Shown: positions 12,263-24,825, counted from the first letter of the stretch. The stretch: DNA of 64,000 nt from Octopus bimaculoides (GCF_001194135.2 NC_068983.1:19975366-20039365), one strand, 5' to 3'. Translations and numbers: made by a program. The notes: generated from the sequence alone by a model not told the origin.

Positions 12263-12823
12263 TAAATTACAAATTAGCACGAAGCGTAAGTATGAAGAAA
12301 AGCATCAACCTGCTTGAAATAAGAGCTTAAGTCTTAATTAAACCACTGTAAAGCACCAATATGAAAGAGAAATCACAGTGGGCGAGGAAACGGAAATAAT
12401 TAATACATTCAAAAGCACACCAATTAGAAATTATGCAGTTTAGTATATCCACTTACCTGGGTTTCGGCTTTTGGAAATTCAATCCTTGAGCCTATTCAGT
12501 GAAGACCACCTAGTGACAAATTATTTCAAATCTTAGAGTTTGAATGTTTTGTTTACAAATATTTCTGCATTATGTGCTGTTTTTAGTGCAAAACAAAGCC
12601 AGTGTACTAACGGAATATAACGTGACGTGATAATATGGATATTCTAAACTGCATAATTTTTCATAGTTGAGCTTTTGAATGTATTAATTCCTTCCGTTTT
12701 CTCGCCTACTATTATTTATCTGTTATCTTGGTGCTTTAAGGTGGTTTAATTAAGACTTTAGCACTTATTTCTAGCAGGTTGATGTTTTCTGCAACCTTAC
12801 GCTTCGTGCTAATTTGTAATTTA
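12263..12823. mobile_element. MITE with ~100 bp terminal inverted repeats, TA-flanked
   Basis: 12263-12365 (TAAATTACAAATTAGCACGAAGCGTAAG...GTCTTAATTAAACCAC..TAAAGCACCAA) is the reverse complement of ~12725-12823. There is TA on both sides and no coding remnant seen. Confidence 0.85.
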
Positions 12824-13291
12824 TATATATACGTATATATATANNNNNNNNNNNNNNNNNNNNNNNNNNNNNNNNNNNNNNNNNNNNNNNNNNNNNNNNN
12901 NNNNNNNNNNNNNNNNNNNNNNNNNNNNNNNNNNNNNNNNNNNNNNNNNNNNNNNNNNNNNNNNNNNNNNNNNNNNNNNNNNNNNNNNNNNNNNNNNNNN
13001 NNNNNNNNNNNNNNNNNNNNNNNNNNNNNNNNNNNNNNNNNNNNNNNNNNNNNNNNNNNNNNNNNNNNNNNNNNNNNNNNNNNNNNNNNNNNNNNNNNNN
13101 NNNNNNNNNNNNNNNNNNNNNNNNNNNNNNNNNNNNNNNNNNNNNNNNNNNNNNNNNNNNNNNNNNNNNNNNNNNNNNNNNNNNNNNNNNNNNNNNNNNN
13201 NNNNNNNNNNNNNNNNNNNNNNNNNNNNNNNNNNNNNNNNNNNNNNNNNNNNNNNNNNNNNNNNNNNNNNNNNNNNATTGTGTATTTTTGT

Positions 13292-13462
13292 ATGGTACAA
13301 CAATGCACTATAATACAAAAATGGATTATATACCTGTTGTAATTCAGTTATCCATAGTCCGATGATATTTCGGAATAAAATTCCTTCTTCGGATATTCTT
13401 AGATGGAGTCGCTAACTGGTATATAGTCCATTTTTTGGTACTATAGTGCATTGTTGTATCAT
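13292..13462. repeat. Fold-back element, ~44 bp arms around an ~83 bp spacer
   Basis: ATGGTACAACAATGCACTATAATACAAAAATGGATTATATACC (13292-13334) pairs with GGTATATAGTCCATTTTTTGGTACTATAGTGCATTGTTGTATCAT (13418-13462). Confidence 0.85.
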
Positions 13463-14996
13463 TCTAAACTTTTTATTCTTTATATATATATATATATATA
13501 TATATTCATTGGAGTTGGCAACAATTGTGTTTGGAAAATGTTGCCCCCTGTATCTTTAATTGCCCTATATCTTTTTCAGCAGCGATAAGTTACTCATTGC
13601 TATTATTTCTTGATGCTACTCAGAAATGACAATGGTCTCAGCGGACATCTTTTAACCATTCAGAAAGAAAACCAAAACAATTATCTCTTGCGAATCGAAC
13701 ATGTAATGTAATATTACTTCACAGCGTGCTTGCCAACACAGCAAAATAGCTGTTCAGTTATTCAGGATATAACCCAGCATCTTAACAACTTTAAGACGTG
13801 GGTTAATACATAACATGTAGGTTTCACGTTTCTCATCATTGCCCATACGTTCGTTCACTTTCTGATTAATATTTAATGTGAATTTTATGACTTCTCGAAA
13901 ATTATTCTTTCAGTTCTGTTTTCTTCAGTTTTGATTCCATGTCCGTCCCCAGAGTAATATCCGATCAATTTTGTATTCTTCTTAATTGATATTTTAATTA
14001 AGGCATCCGGCAATTATTCTTCATTAAGAAGAAATCCGAGACAATATATTCTTTTGTGATTTTGCTGTGTTATTAATATCAACACATCAGAGCAGAAGCA
14101 TATACATACACACGCACACACACATACACACACACATTCACACATACATGCACACACACACACTAACCCACACTCACACTCGTGCAAAAACGTACATGCA
14201 CTCAGTTTCTCCATAAACAGACCTTAGCTAATATGTACTCTTATAAGCCCCAACTGACTCATCTCTAGAATCCGTTTCCTATTAGAGACTATAATTGCTG
14301 TGTTTGCCGTGGGGTCTCTCTCTCTCCCTCTTCGTCCATCTCTCTTTCTCTCTACTTCTCTCTGTGCAATCTCCTATTTATTGCCTGTTGTTTGTTGTTT
14401 ATGCAAACGTTTAACATACCCCTCATAACACACACATCCTTCTTCCTACTGATTGCCTACTCACTGCCAATTCTAAGAGCACAGCCTTGTTTCAACATTT
14501 TCCTTACACTTATCCATTTCAAAAACAACAAAAACTTACTCAAACATGTGATGAATAAGGTAGAAAAGACAATCTTTAATGGAGGCATTACAACCACATC
14601 ATTTTCCCGAGCATAAAAGCGCATTATCAACCAAAAACGAATAAGCATATCAAAGAACACGTACTTGAAACAGTTGCTACAAAAGCTTAAAATAGCTGCT
14701 AAACCCCAAAATCTTTTATGGTTATCTTTTAATCTTTTCATATTTTACTTGTTTCGGTCATTGAACTGCTCTTATACTGGGTCATCGCCTTTTTAAATCC
14801 GGTACATATATTAGTCGTTTTTGTCGACCTAAGCAGACCAGAAATATTTGTCAAATTATAAAGAAGAAACTCAAATACAAACACACACGTACATCAAATA
14901 TAGGTGTGTGTAAAAGAGAAAGAGAGGGAGAGAGAAAAAGAGAGGGAGAAAGAGAGAGAGAGAGAGAGAGAGGGGGGAGAGANNNNNNNNNNAGAA

Positions 14997-15047
<51 letters not shown>

Positions 15048-15094
15048 AAGATAGACAAACAGTTCGGAAAAAGATATCGATAGAATACATACAA

Positions 15095-15200
15095 GAAGTC
15101 TTAAAAACTTCGTCATACAAATTTACCCCAGGACAGATTTGTATGACGAAACATACCGTAGGTGCTGTAGCATGGCCGCAGTCCAAAGACTGAAACAATT
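15095..15200 (+). mobile_element. SINE family C tail fragment containing a perfect 14 bp inverted repeat
   Basis: Ends GGTGCTGTAGCATGGCCGCAGTCCAAAGACTGAAAC. Arms are at 15109-15122 and 15137-15150. Confidence 0.65.
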
Positions 15201-15248
15201 AATTCATAAGAGACACACATTCACACATGTGTATATGTATGTATGTAT

Positions 15249-15303
15249 ATCTATTTCTAGCATATAGGAGTCCACTTTTGCTGGTCATCCCTCTTATTTT
15301 TGT
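15249..15303 (+). repeat. Short dispersed repeat (second copy 30739-30793)
   Basis: ATCTATTTCTAGCATATAGGAGTCCACTTTTGC.GGT.AT.CCTCTTATTTTTG occurs at both sites. Confidence 0.85.
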
Positions 15304-16024
15304 ATGAACGTGCTTATCATAGGTGACTGTCTCTCCAGTGTTCTTTACCACTCGTGGTAAAATTTATATAACACCTGCTTAAAATGACCATATCCTTAAA
15401 GTAACTGTGATGACAGAATTTTAATATCATTACTCAACAGGTCTCATTTATATCGCCCTCCCAGACAATTTCGCCTGTTCTTATTCTCTCTTTCTTTTTT
15501 CTAGTTCCCTTCCCTGGCTTTAACCTTAATGTAATTTTCCTCTACCAGTGTCACACTATCACTTTTAGTTTCCCTTTTAGTTTCTTCTTTTACTTTCTTT
15601 CTTGTCTACAGTTTATATATTTTATTTTATTCTATTTCTTATGGATATTTAACAATAAAAACAATCATAGCTATACCTCATTCCCGAAATGAAGCGGGTA
15701 AATAACATGACTGCCCAAACTGAAGAACTTTAGCGAGACACCACTTTATGTATGAATGTACCTGTTGTGAAGTAGACTGCAAAATTGATCTAACATAGAA
15801 TGATGCACAACATCCCACCTATAATGGGCAGTCGCAGAATGGATTGAAATGATTGTTGTACAAAATAAAGAGCTGTACTAATACCATTATCAGTTTACTT
15901 AATCGATTATTACGTCCCTGTTATATTTTTGGGTTATACTTTTATCTGTAAAGTACGTTTCATCTTTCCATTGCGGTTTTTGTAATGGAGTAATGTACTT
16001 ATTCTTCTATTTAAAAGATGCGTA

Positions 16025-16078
16025 AGGAATTATCCATAGGAATTATCCATAGGAATTATCCATAGGAATTATCCATAG
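16025..16078. repeat. 13 bp tandem repeat x4
   Basis: (AGGAATTATCCAT)4 AG, perfect copies. Confidence 0.95.
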
Positions 16079-16336
16079 TATGATGATTATTTGATTACGA
16101 TACACTTAGAGCATACCAACAACATACAATTCAACGTAACGCATGCTTTGAGCTAGCCCTTAGGTGCTAAATATACATAGGGTTAGTTTCTTTGAGTACA
16201 CAAACGGAATATCCTATTTGATACTTACCAACCATAAGCCAGGACCATAGGTTTATACAACCCTACCTGGTGCATATATTTTGAAATACCTGATTCTATC
16301 TGAATCCTTATTTTACTATATGTATACATACATAAA

Positions 16337-16386
<50 letters not shown>

Positions 16387-16900
16387 TGTAGACATACATA
16401 TCATTCATACACACATACATGTATGCATACATACATACATAAACACATACATGCATATAAATGTATATGTGCATGTATCCCTGTTAAAATTAGATGTGAA
16501 GGACAAATAACTCTTATTAGGAACGATACAAAGACGTTCCAAATACGATTCCTTGATGACTCTATTGCAGATCGATCGCACACCGCATTACCTCACTAGT
16601 CACTTACAGTCATAGCGTGATGGTGGTACCTGTAATACTGTTAATTATTAATTAACAATTTTTTCACCTCATGGCATTTTTTATGCATGCTATGTCACGT
16701 GATATTATTGTAAGCAATAATATGCTTATATATATTTTTGTAATTTATCATTCACTCCGATCACCTCTTTAAACTTGCCACGGCATCAAAAACGGTTATC
16801 GCGCACATTTGTTGAGATGAGTCTGTTCTATGACAAGTGAGTCAGTGAAACTCACTGAGGAAAACTAAATGGCACCGCCACAAAGTTCGAAATTGTGACG

Positions 16901-17006
16901 ATGCGAGTATGTCTGGCTCTTCAATTTATGATTCTTTTCGTTATTGGTACGGAGGCTGAGAATTTTTGCTCAACATTCCGACTTCAGTTAAAATGTATCA
17001 ATGAAA
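16901..17006 (+). CDS. Candidate first coding exon with signal peptide (unidentified gene)
   Basis: MRVCLALQFMILFVIGTEA-ENFCSTFRLQLKCINE: basic n-region, hydrophobic core and T-E-A cleavage-type site. There is A at -3, an in-frame upstream stop at 16856 and a possible phase-1 donor A|GTTTGT at 17007. Unspliced, it is a 39-aa ORF ending at 17020. Confidence 0.3.
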
Positions 17007-17650
17007 GTTTGTGGTTGTAGTTGTTTTCTGACTGCTATTTTTAGCGTGCCAGCGCTACCTATACTACCCTTGATTATTAATTAAATATATGTGTGTGTGT
17101 GTTTGTGCATGTGTGTGGTTTGTGTGTATATGTATGTATATATATATATATATGTGTGTATGTGTTATACATAATTCCACAGCAATACTAAAAATGACAA
17201 GAGAAAATTTATTGCCGGAGAGAATCCATGCTAAATGTAGACTAATATATTATAATATTTCATTCGACACGTTGAACAAGATGTGAGGCGGAATTTGAAA
17301 TCCAGAAGTCCAAGACTTCGGGAAATTTTGGTAAAAATGCTTCAATAAATCAATATTAATGTTATCTAAATGTGTGTATATGTGTGTGTATGTATGAGTG
17401 TACATGTGTGTTTGCTTGTGCGTTTGTATGTAGGCGTGTGTTTGGTGTGGATGTGTTTTAATATATTTTAGGATGGTCACTCTAGCACAGAGAAGCACGC
17501 TTACCCGCCGTGGTTCACTTAATATCTGTTTATATTGTCAGAAATATTTCATCACACATCACATATAACCATAACCGTTTCAACTGTTTCAAATCCACCA
17601 GCCTAGGTTATGTTTTATATCTTTTATCTATATGTTTTCTCTGTCTGTCA

Positions 17651-17684
<34 letters not shown>

Positions 17685-17840
17685 ATGTCTGTCTCTCTCT
17701 CTCTCACTTTTTTTTTCTTATTTTGGCAGTATGATTGTTCTAAAATATAACACTGCTTTCCACACATGGTTTCAGCTCAAAATTTTTTCAAAGGAAATGC
17801 AAAAAATAATATATATATATATAAATACGTACATCTAAAT

Positions 17841-17890
<50 letters not shown>

Positions 17891-18155
17891 GAGTTGTGTG
17901 TGAATGTGCCACATTCACTCCATCGTTGTGTGAGCGTTTGTGCGTGTGCTTGTTTGTGTATGAGTGTGTGTGTGTGTATGTGTGTGTGTATGCGTGCATG
18001 ATTATATCAATATGTATATAAGTAAAAAAAATATTTACATCATTCTCAGAAGAAATATCATAGTCATCATTTAATTTTATGTTCTTGTATATTTATCTCT
18101 ATCTGCTTCCCTCTATCACTCTCCTCCTCGTCTCTCTCTCTCTCTNNNNNNNNNN

Positions 18156-18195
<40 letters not shown>

Positions 18196-18284
18196 ACTGT
18201 CTCTCCCCGTCCCTCACAGATTTGTATTGAGAAACGCCTGCACACATCCATAGACATATTCATTCGTTCATACACACATACACA

Positions 18285-18410
18285 TATTGATAATGACTGG
18301 TGTGGAACTTGCTTCCCAAACATATGGTTCTGGGTTCAATTCCACAGTTTGCAATTCTAATATAGCCCTAGCCTCAATAAAATTTTGTGAGTGGGTGCAG
18401 GAGACAGGAT
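18285..18410 (+). mobile_element. SINE family C, degenerate head
   Basis: GACTGGTGTGGAACTTGCTTCCCAAACATATGGTTCTGGGTTCAATTCCAC...TATAGCCCTAGCC...TTGTGAGTGG. Confidence 0.6.
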
Positions 18411-19622
18411 GTATGTATAATATACATACGTATGTATGATATATACATGTTTGTATGTTACCATGTGTGAGCTTCTTTCTCTCTCCAACCATTAACTGCT
18501 GTTACTTTCCTCATATCCCCATAACCTAGCGGTTGGGCAACAGGGACGAAAGAAATAAAAGCAAGATTTTACATATAAAAACAGTACAGGGGTCGATTCA
18601 TTTAACTAAAACCCTTGAAGATGTTCCAGCCTGGCCACATTCCGCTTATGAAGACAACTTCTTACATAAAAGATATTCATATCTGTATATGTACATGTCG
18701 CTACATACGTTTACCTATCAATTTTATATATATATGCATGTGTGTGTGTTAGTGTGTGTGTGTGCACGCGCACGCGTTTGTAGGTAGGTAGGTAGGTAGG
18801 TAGGTAGGTAGGTAGGTAGGTAGGTGGGTAGGGATATAGGTATCTATACACGCACATGCATACATATACATATGTTATGCGCATGACGCTAGCTATCTTT
18901 GCTTTGTGTAGCACAATATTATATTTATAGAAAAATTATGTTGTCAAAGCATTTGGCAGATAGAATACTGTGGTTTTATAGCTTTTGGTGAAATGAGATA
19001 GAACACACAAAATATATCAAACTGTTTGCGAAGCTTACTTTACAATATATCATACATAACAAGTGGTTGTTTATACGTTGGACAGTGACGTTAAATATAA
19101 GCTGATGTACCTGCATTGCAATAAGTATGTAATATGTGTGTACATGAGTGTGCGTGTGTGTGTGTTTGGATGCATACATAACTGCACATATATAAACACA
19201 TATATAGACATACACACACACATGTATATATATATATATATATATNNNNNNNNNNNNNNNNNNNNNNNNNNNNNNNNNNNNNNNNNNNNNNNNNNNNNNN
19301 NNNNNNNNNNNNNNNNNNNNNNNNNNNNNNNNNNNNNNNNNNNNNNNNNNNNNNNNNNNNNNNNNNNNNNNNNNNNNNNNNNNNNNNNNNNNNNNNNNNN
19401 NNNNNNNNNNNNNNNNNNNNNNNNNNNNNNNNNNNNNNNNNNNNNNNNNNNNNNNNNNNNNNNNNNNNNNNNNNNNNNNNNNNNNNNNNNNNNNNNNNNN
19501 NNNNNNNNNNNNNNNNNNNNNNNNNNNNNNNNNNNNNNNNNNNNNNNNNNNNNNNNNNNNNNNNNNNNNNNNNNNNNNNNNNNNNNNNNNNNNNNNNNNN
19601 NNNNNNNNNNNNNNNNNNNNNN

Positions 19623-19914
19623 NCATCACAGCAAACCACAGCACATACCTAAGGCGCACAGAGCTGCGCTCGGTAGTGAAGTGAAAGCGCGTTATAAAAA
19701 TAAAACTACTGAACAATAATAATAATAACAACAACAACAACATCGAAAAATACCTTAGGAATGAGAACCCAGATTCGAAATTTCCCCAAGACACCTGATG
19801 AAGGCTGGAGGGAGGTATATCAGCCGAAACGTGTTAATAACAAACAAGATGAGGACAAATATCTGTCTAATTTAAATAATGTACATAATTCCTCATCTCT
19901 TAAATATAGAACTG
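19623..19914 (+). mobile_element. Family E tail with a different (non-tRNA) head; Penelope-like pseudo-LTR end
   Basis: Same tail as 11853-12063. It contains ACAC-CTGATGA-A-GGCTG[13 nt]CAGCC-GAAAC-GTGT at 19791-19834. The upstream part is lost in an N-gap. Confidence 0.75.
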
Positions 19915-21072
19915 TATTATGTACATATGTATTATAGAATGAGGGAGAGAGATGCATGGGTGGGTGGTAACGATGCTCAGGTCGTAGGCACGCGGTTTCC
20001 AGTTCATTCCTGCTGTGCTGCACCTCACCTATAACTCAAGACCAACTAATGAACTGGAAGTGTATATTGTAGACACAAGTTATATGGAAGGTATTGGCAG
20101 ATACATATTTAAGAAATGTCTAGTTTTATTAGATCCTCCCAGCTTTACTGAAAGCGAATTTATATTAATAAATAATTACATTTTTTCATGAACAACATGA
20201 ATTCAACTGATGCAAACATGATTTCAGCTCATCAGGTCTCGTTTACTGTCATTTACCTATATACACATCGTAAGAAATTTATCGATGTCATTATTTTAAT
20301 TCGCCTATTCACTGAATATTCTACATACACCGATACTACGTCATATACTCGTTCTCAAGTTTTGGTAGCCATCTTTACTAACACGTAAACACAGCTTTCA
20401 CAAAATATTTTATTTATACAATCATCCACACATCACACACACATGCACACACACACATGCCCACACACTTGCACACACACATGCACACACACACATGCAG
20501 ACAGACAGACAAGTTGTTTCCCTTGTGAGCTAAGGTATACAAAGGGAGACAAACATTTTTTACATCTGAGGCAAAATTACTTATCTAAATTTGAAACAAA
20601 GGAATATTTGAAAACAAAGCATAGAACGCGCATATTCATTTTTTCGTTTACTCATGAAATTCTTACAATTACCTGTCAGTAATACATTATAGTGCTATTT
20701 CATTCTTGAGAAAAATCGTCGACATGACATACCTTACAGATAGATAGATAGATAGATATCTCTCTTTATAAAGCGCACAGGGCCGAACGCAGAGGGGACA
20801 AATACAATGTAGAGCTTTTCTTTTCGAAAGAAGAAAAAAACGAAATAGAAAGTAAAGCGATCTCTCTCCCTCTGTCTTTTTTTNNNNNNNNNNNNNNNNN
20901 NNNNNNNNNNNNNNNNNNNNNNNNNNNNNNNNNNNNNNNNNNNNNNNNNNNNNNNNNNNNNNNNNNNNNNNNNNNNNNNNNNNNNNNNNNNNNNNNNNNN
21001 NNNNNNNNNNNNNNNNNNNNNNNNNNNNNNNNNNNNNNNNNNNNNNNNNNNNNNNNNNNNNNNNNNNNNNNN

Positions 21073-21500
21073 GTTCGTCATTCACGCATACCATCTTTGC
21101 AACGTTCACCCTCCTTTTATTGTATCTTACATGAGACAAAACTTGCCTCTCTAATCTCACCTTCCTTTTCAAGTGGTATTTGAAAAAAGTTGAAAAGCGT
21201 TTGGCCGGAAAGGAAAGTGTTTGTCTCTAAACCTTTCGCTCGAGTCCACCACGCACATTCTTTCACCATGGCCACCAGTACGATGAAAACAACCTTGCCT
21301 TCCCGGTTAAGGAAAGATGACGGGGCAATTTTCACGATAGACTCGGCCTACAACAGAATTCGTCCCACACGTGACAGCAGCCGTTCGGCATCAGCCCACA
21401 GGTCCCAAATGGTTGGACACTGCACGAGTGCGTGCAGAATGGTTTCGTCGCTTTGACCGCATCTCGGGCAAGTCGGCATCAAAGCCTGGATATGATTTTT
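21073..21500 (-). mobile_element. L1/Tx1-like LINE ORF2 3' fragment with C-terminal zinc knuckle
   Basis: PTCPRCGQSDETILHALVQCPTIWDLW (CxxC-x8-H-x4-C, zf-RVT type), then *AESIVKIAPSSFLNREGKVVFIVLVAMVKECAWWTR. Confidence 0.85.
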
Positions 21501-22127
21501 GCAGTTCCGGTGATTGGCTTGGATCTGTAGTCTTCGAATCAGCTTTCCCATTTCTGGTTTATGCATGTATGTATGTATGTATGTATGTATGTATGTATGT
21601 ATGTCTGTATTTATGCATGTATATTTGGATGGATTGATGGATGGATATACACAGATGCAGGCATGCTTGTGTGACTGCATGGCATCTTGGGTAGGTGTCT
21701 TGGGTAGGCATGGCATCTTGGGTAGGCTTGATGACGATAATATTCTTCTGAGTGGATTTGGTACACGGTAACTGAAAGTAGCATCTGCTATTTATTTTAT
21801 TATTCATCTTCTATATAAATGAAGCTATTGTTTCCTCTAATTTGCTGTTTTTCTTTACAGCAACCGAGAATATACCTTGCGGAACTGTCATTATTTTAAC
21901 GTGTTATATCTAATTATCACCCGAAGAGACACATCTACACCGATGGATGCTCCTAAACCAGTTGTTAAATATCCCACCCATGGGCGATCATTGCTACATG
22001 GGTCGAAACAATTGTAGTAATTGATAAAAAAAATTCTCGTATCTTCCATCTTTCGTCTTTTTCATTAACCAAATATATATGTTTGAGCGTGTGTGTGCAG
22101 TGGGGAGGGCTGTGCGTGTGTATGTAG

Positions 22128-22320
22128 GTGTGTATTTGTCCCCATCACTGCTTGACAACAGGCGATGATTTTTACGTCACTGTCACTAAGCGGTTCGGGA
22201 AAAGGGTTTATTATGATATGTACCATGCGTAAAAATTTTGAATACTCTACGGGTTGATTCATTCGACTTAAAGTACTTCAAAGCGTTACCTTAACTAAGC
22301 CACAGACTTATGACTGAAAC
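22128..22320 (+). mobile_element. SINE family C, tail
   Basis: TTTGTCCCCATCACTGCTTGACAAC...TTTACGTCACTGTCACTAAGCGGTTCGG...GACTGAAAC. Confidence 0.7.
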
Positions 22321-22363
22321 AATAAAAAGATTAACAATAAAAGAAAGATAAAGGATATACATA

Positions 22364-22426
<63 letters not shown>

Positions 22427-23354
22427 AAAAAAGACGGAAGGACGGAGGTATGGCTTATTTGTGAGTATCTATTTTGTGTATATTCTGTTCCATCTCTATG
22501 TATGGTACATTTTAATGTTTGTATGAGTGCGTTTCTTTGTGTGAAATTGCTACTGTCACATGAAGCCAACAATTCCAGAATGGTGGACATATTTTTTTCA
22601 CACTCTTATTAATGGAAGTGGCCAATTATTCATAAGAGATACATTCTTAGAAATCATACTACCATCACTTGAACACAATTTATGTTGTGTTTTTTTGCTG
22701 TCACTGATTTCTTTATGCTACTCCAGTTTATCTTATGCAATCTCTTAGCTTCCGTTAGGTCATATTTTTGTATATGTGTGTTTTGATAATCAAGTGATTA
22801 TTTGTGTGTGTGTGCCCGTATGTGTGTGTCAGAATATATGTGTCCATGCGTGTGTGAGCGTGTATGTACATGTGTGCATGTGTGTATGAGTTTGTGCGTG
22901 CGTGAAGATTATATTGAGTGGTGCACAAATTTTATATATCAAGAAAAAGAAGAGTTGTGAATAATTATTTATTTAACGCTTTCATTTCGTTTCAAAGAAT
23001 CATCTTGAATGATTTTTTTTTCACAGAAAATGTATGCCTTTTATATATATGCGAGTCATTTGAAAAAATCGAGAGTTGAGTTGGGAAAAGAATGTTCTTT
23101 GTTATTGTGAATCTATAGATGTGTGTATATATACACAGACATACACATATATATACACATACGCATATACATATATACATAGTTATATTGATTTAAATCA
23201 ACAAAGTTCAATTTCTTCTCAGTTCAACCACAATGTCATTCAACTAACTCGTTTATAAAAGGCATAAATTTCTGTTAAAACCTCATTAATGAGGAAGCTT
23301 TCAAAAAGAGATGAAAGCACTAAATAAAGAGTAATCTCAAACTCTGACAACTTC

Positions 23355-23397
<43 letters not shown>

Positions 23398-24699
23398 TGC
23401 ATACCTATCTATCTATCAAACTACACACTATATATGCCGTGCCTGAAGATTGTGCTAGGACACCACAGGTGTTAGAGAGTACTGTCTTGCATGCTCTCAG
23501 CACATGAAACTAACATTATTCCATAAAAATATATATTATGTTTATTAAATAATATCTAACTCACACCAGTTAAACTACGTCATTGCTGATTTTACCATTA
23601 TGGAACAGTACACTGCGTATATGTGTGCGTGAGTGTGCGTGTGTGCGTGTGTGAGAGAGAGAGTGAGAGAGAGAATACATACATTTGCATATATATCTAA
23701 GTGTGTATGTATTCATGTATGTATGCATTATTTTGTGTCATACAACTTTATTCGTTTGAAAAACAATTTCGAGCTACCTATCAAATTTTTAATGAATTTT
23801 CATTATATGAACTGTGAAAACAATGGGGCAAGCAATAAATAGGTTAGTTGCACAAGTGATAGATTATAAGGAAATAGTATTAAATTTGTTTCTAAAAATA
23901 TGGAAATATGCATCAGGACGGAAGAGAAAAAAAACGACTACGTATTTTAAACAATAGATTTAATGTCAAACTTAACAGGCTAACTTTTTTCTTCGACAGT
24001 TCTCTTAACAAGAGACAATCTGTGCTTAATAGATATATGAAATGAGTGCATGTAACCGTATACAATAAAAATATTTGTAGAAACATTCACGAAATGTTTG
24101 TAAATATTATATCATCATCACATATAAGTATTGGTATTGTCTTGTTTTGTTTTGTTTTTTTATCTTGTTAAACAGCGAGTGAAATATTTTATTGAATATT
24201 GTGGGATATATATTGTGAAATATTGTGCTAAATATTTGGTAATTATTTTACTTTTCGTATATTTTAATGAAAATATCCTTTAGAGGACATATTTTTTCAA
24301 AGACACTTTCAGCAAGATTTTAGAAATCTACTAAACATGCGTTTTTGTAAAAAAACAAAAAGCTATATTTATCTTTTTTTTTTTTCATTTGTTTTTAAGA
24401 AAAAATAAACTTACTGTTGATGTAAATTTAAAATTGATTTATGGAGACTATCTACAGAAATATACAGCTAACGTAAACACAACTGTAGACATCTAGATAC
24501 ATTATAATACGAATTTACAGGCAGCCGAATAAACATACAGAAATTACAATTTCATTGTTGTGTTACTTTTCTCGTAACAAACACGTCAAATTGTTTGCAT
24601 ATAACATGTAACATTGATGGTAGTTATTAAAATGCAAAACAAGAAACTAATAGTTTTCCGCAAATTAAGAAACAGATGAGTATTAATATTAGTCTCATA

Positions 24700-24797
24700 T
24701 TTTGATACAAGGCCAGCAATTTCAGTATAAAGACAGCCGAAATACCACTAAGCATTTTTCCCGGCATGCAAACCATTCTACCAACTCACTGCCTTAG
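24700..24797 (-). mobile_element. SINE family A, internally deleted
   Basis: The tail (GATACAAGGCCAGCAATTTC) is fused directly to the head (GAAATACCACTAAGCATTTTTCCCGGCATGC...CACTGCCTTA). Confidence 0.75.
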
Positions 24798-24825
24798 AAT
24801 GTATACAGAAATTAAGTTCGTTTTT

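Noticed and set aside
12450-12461. ACTTACCTG resembling the U1 snRNA 5' end
   Set aside because: There is no further U1 sequence. It is simply an antisense splice-donor consensus inside a MITE.
14457-14741. KQGCAL as a reverse-transcriptase QG motif
   Set aside because: There is no YADD/FADD or other RT motif at the expected spacing.
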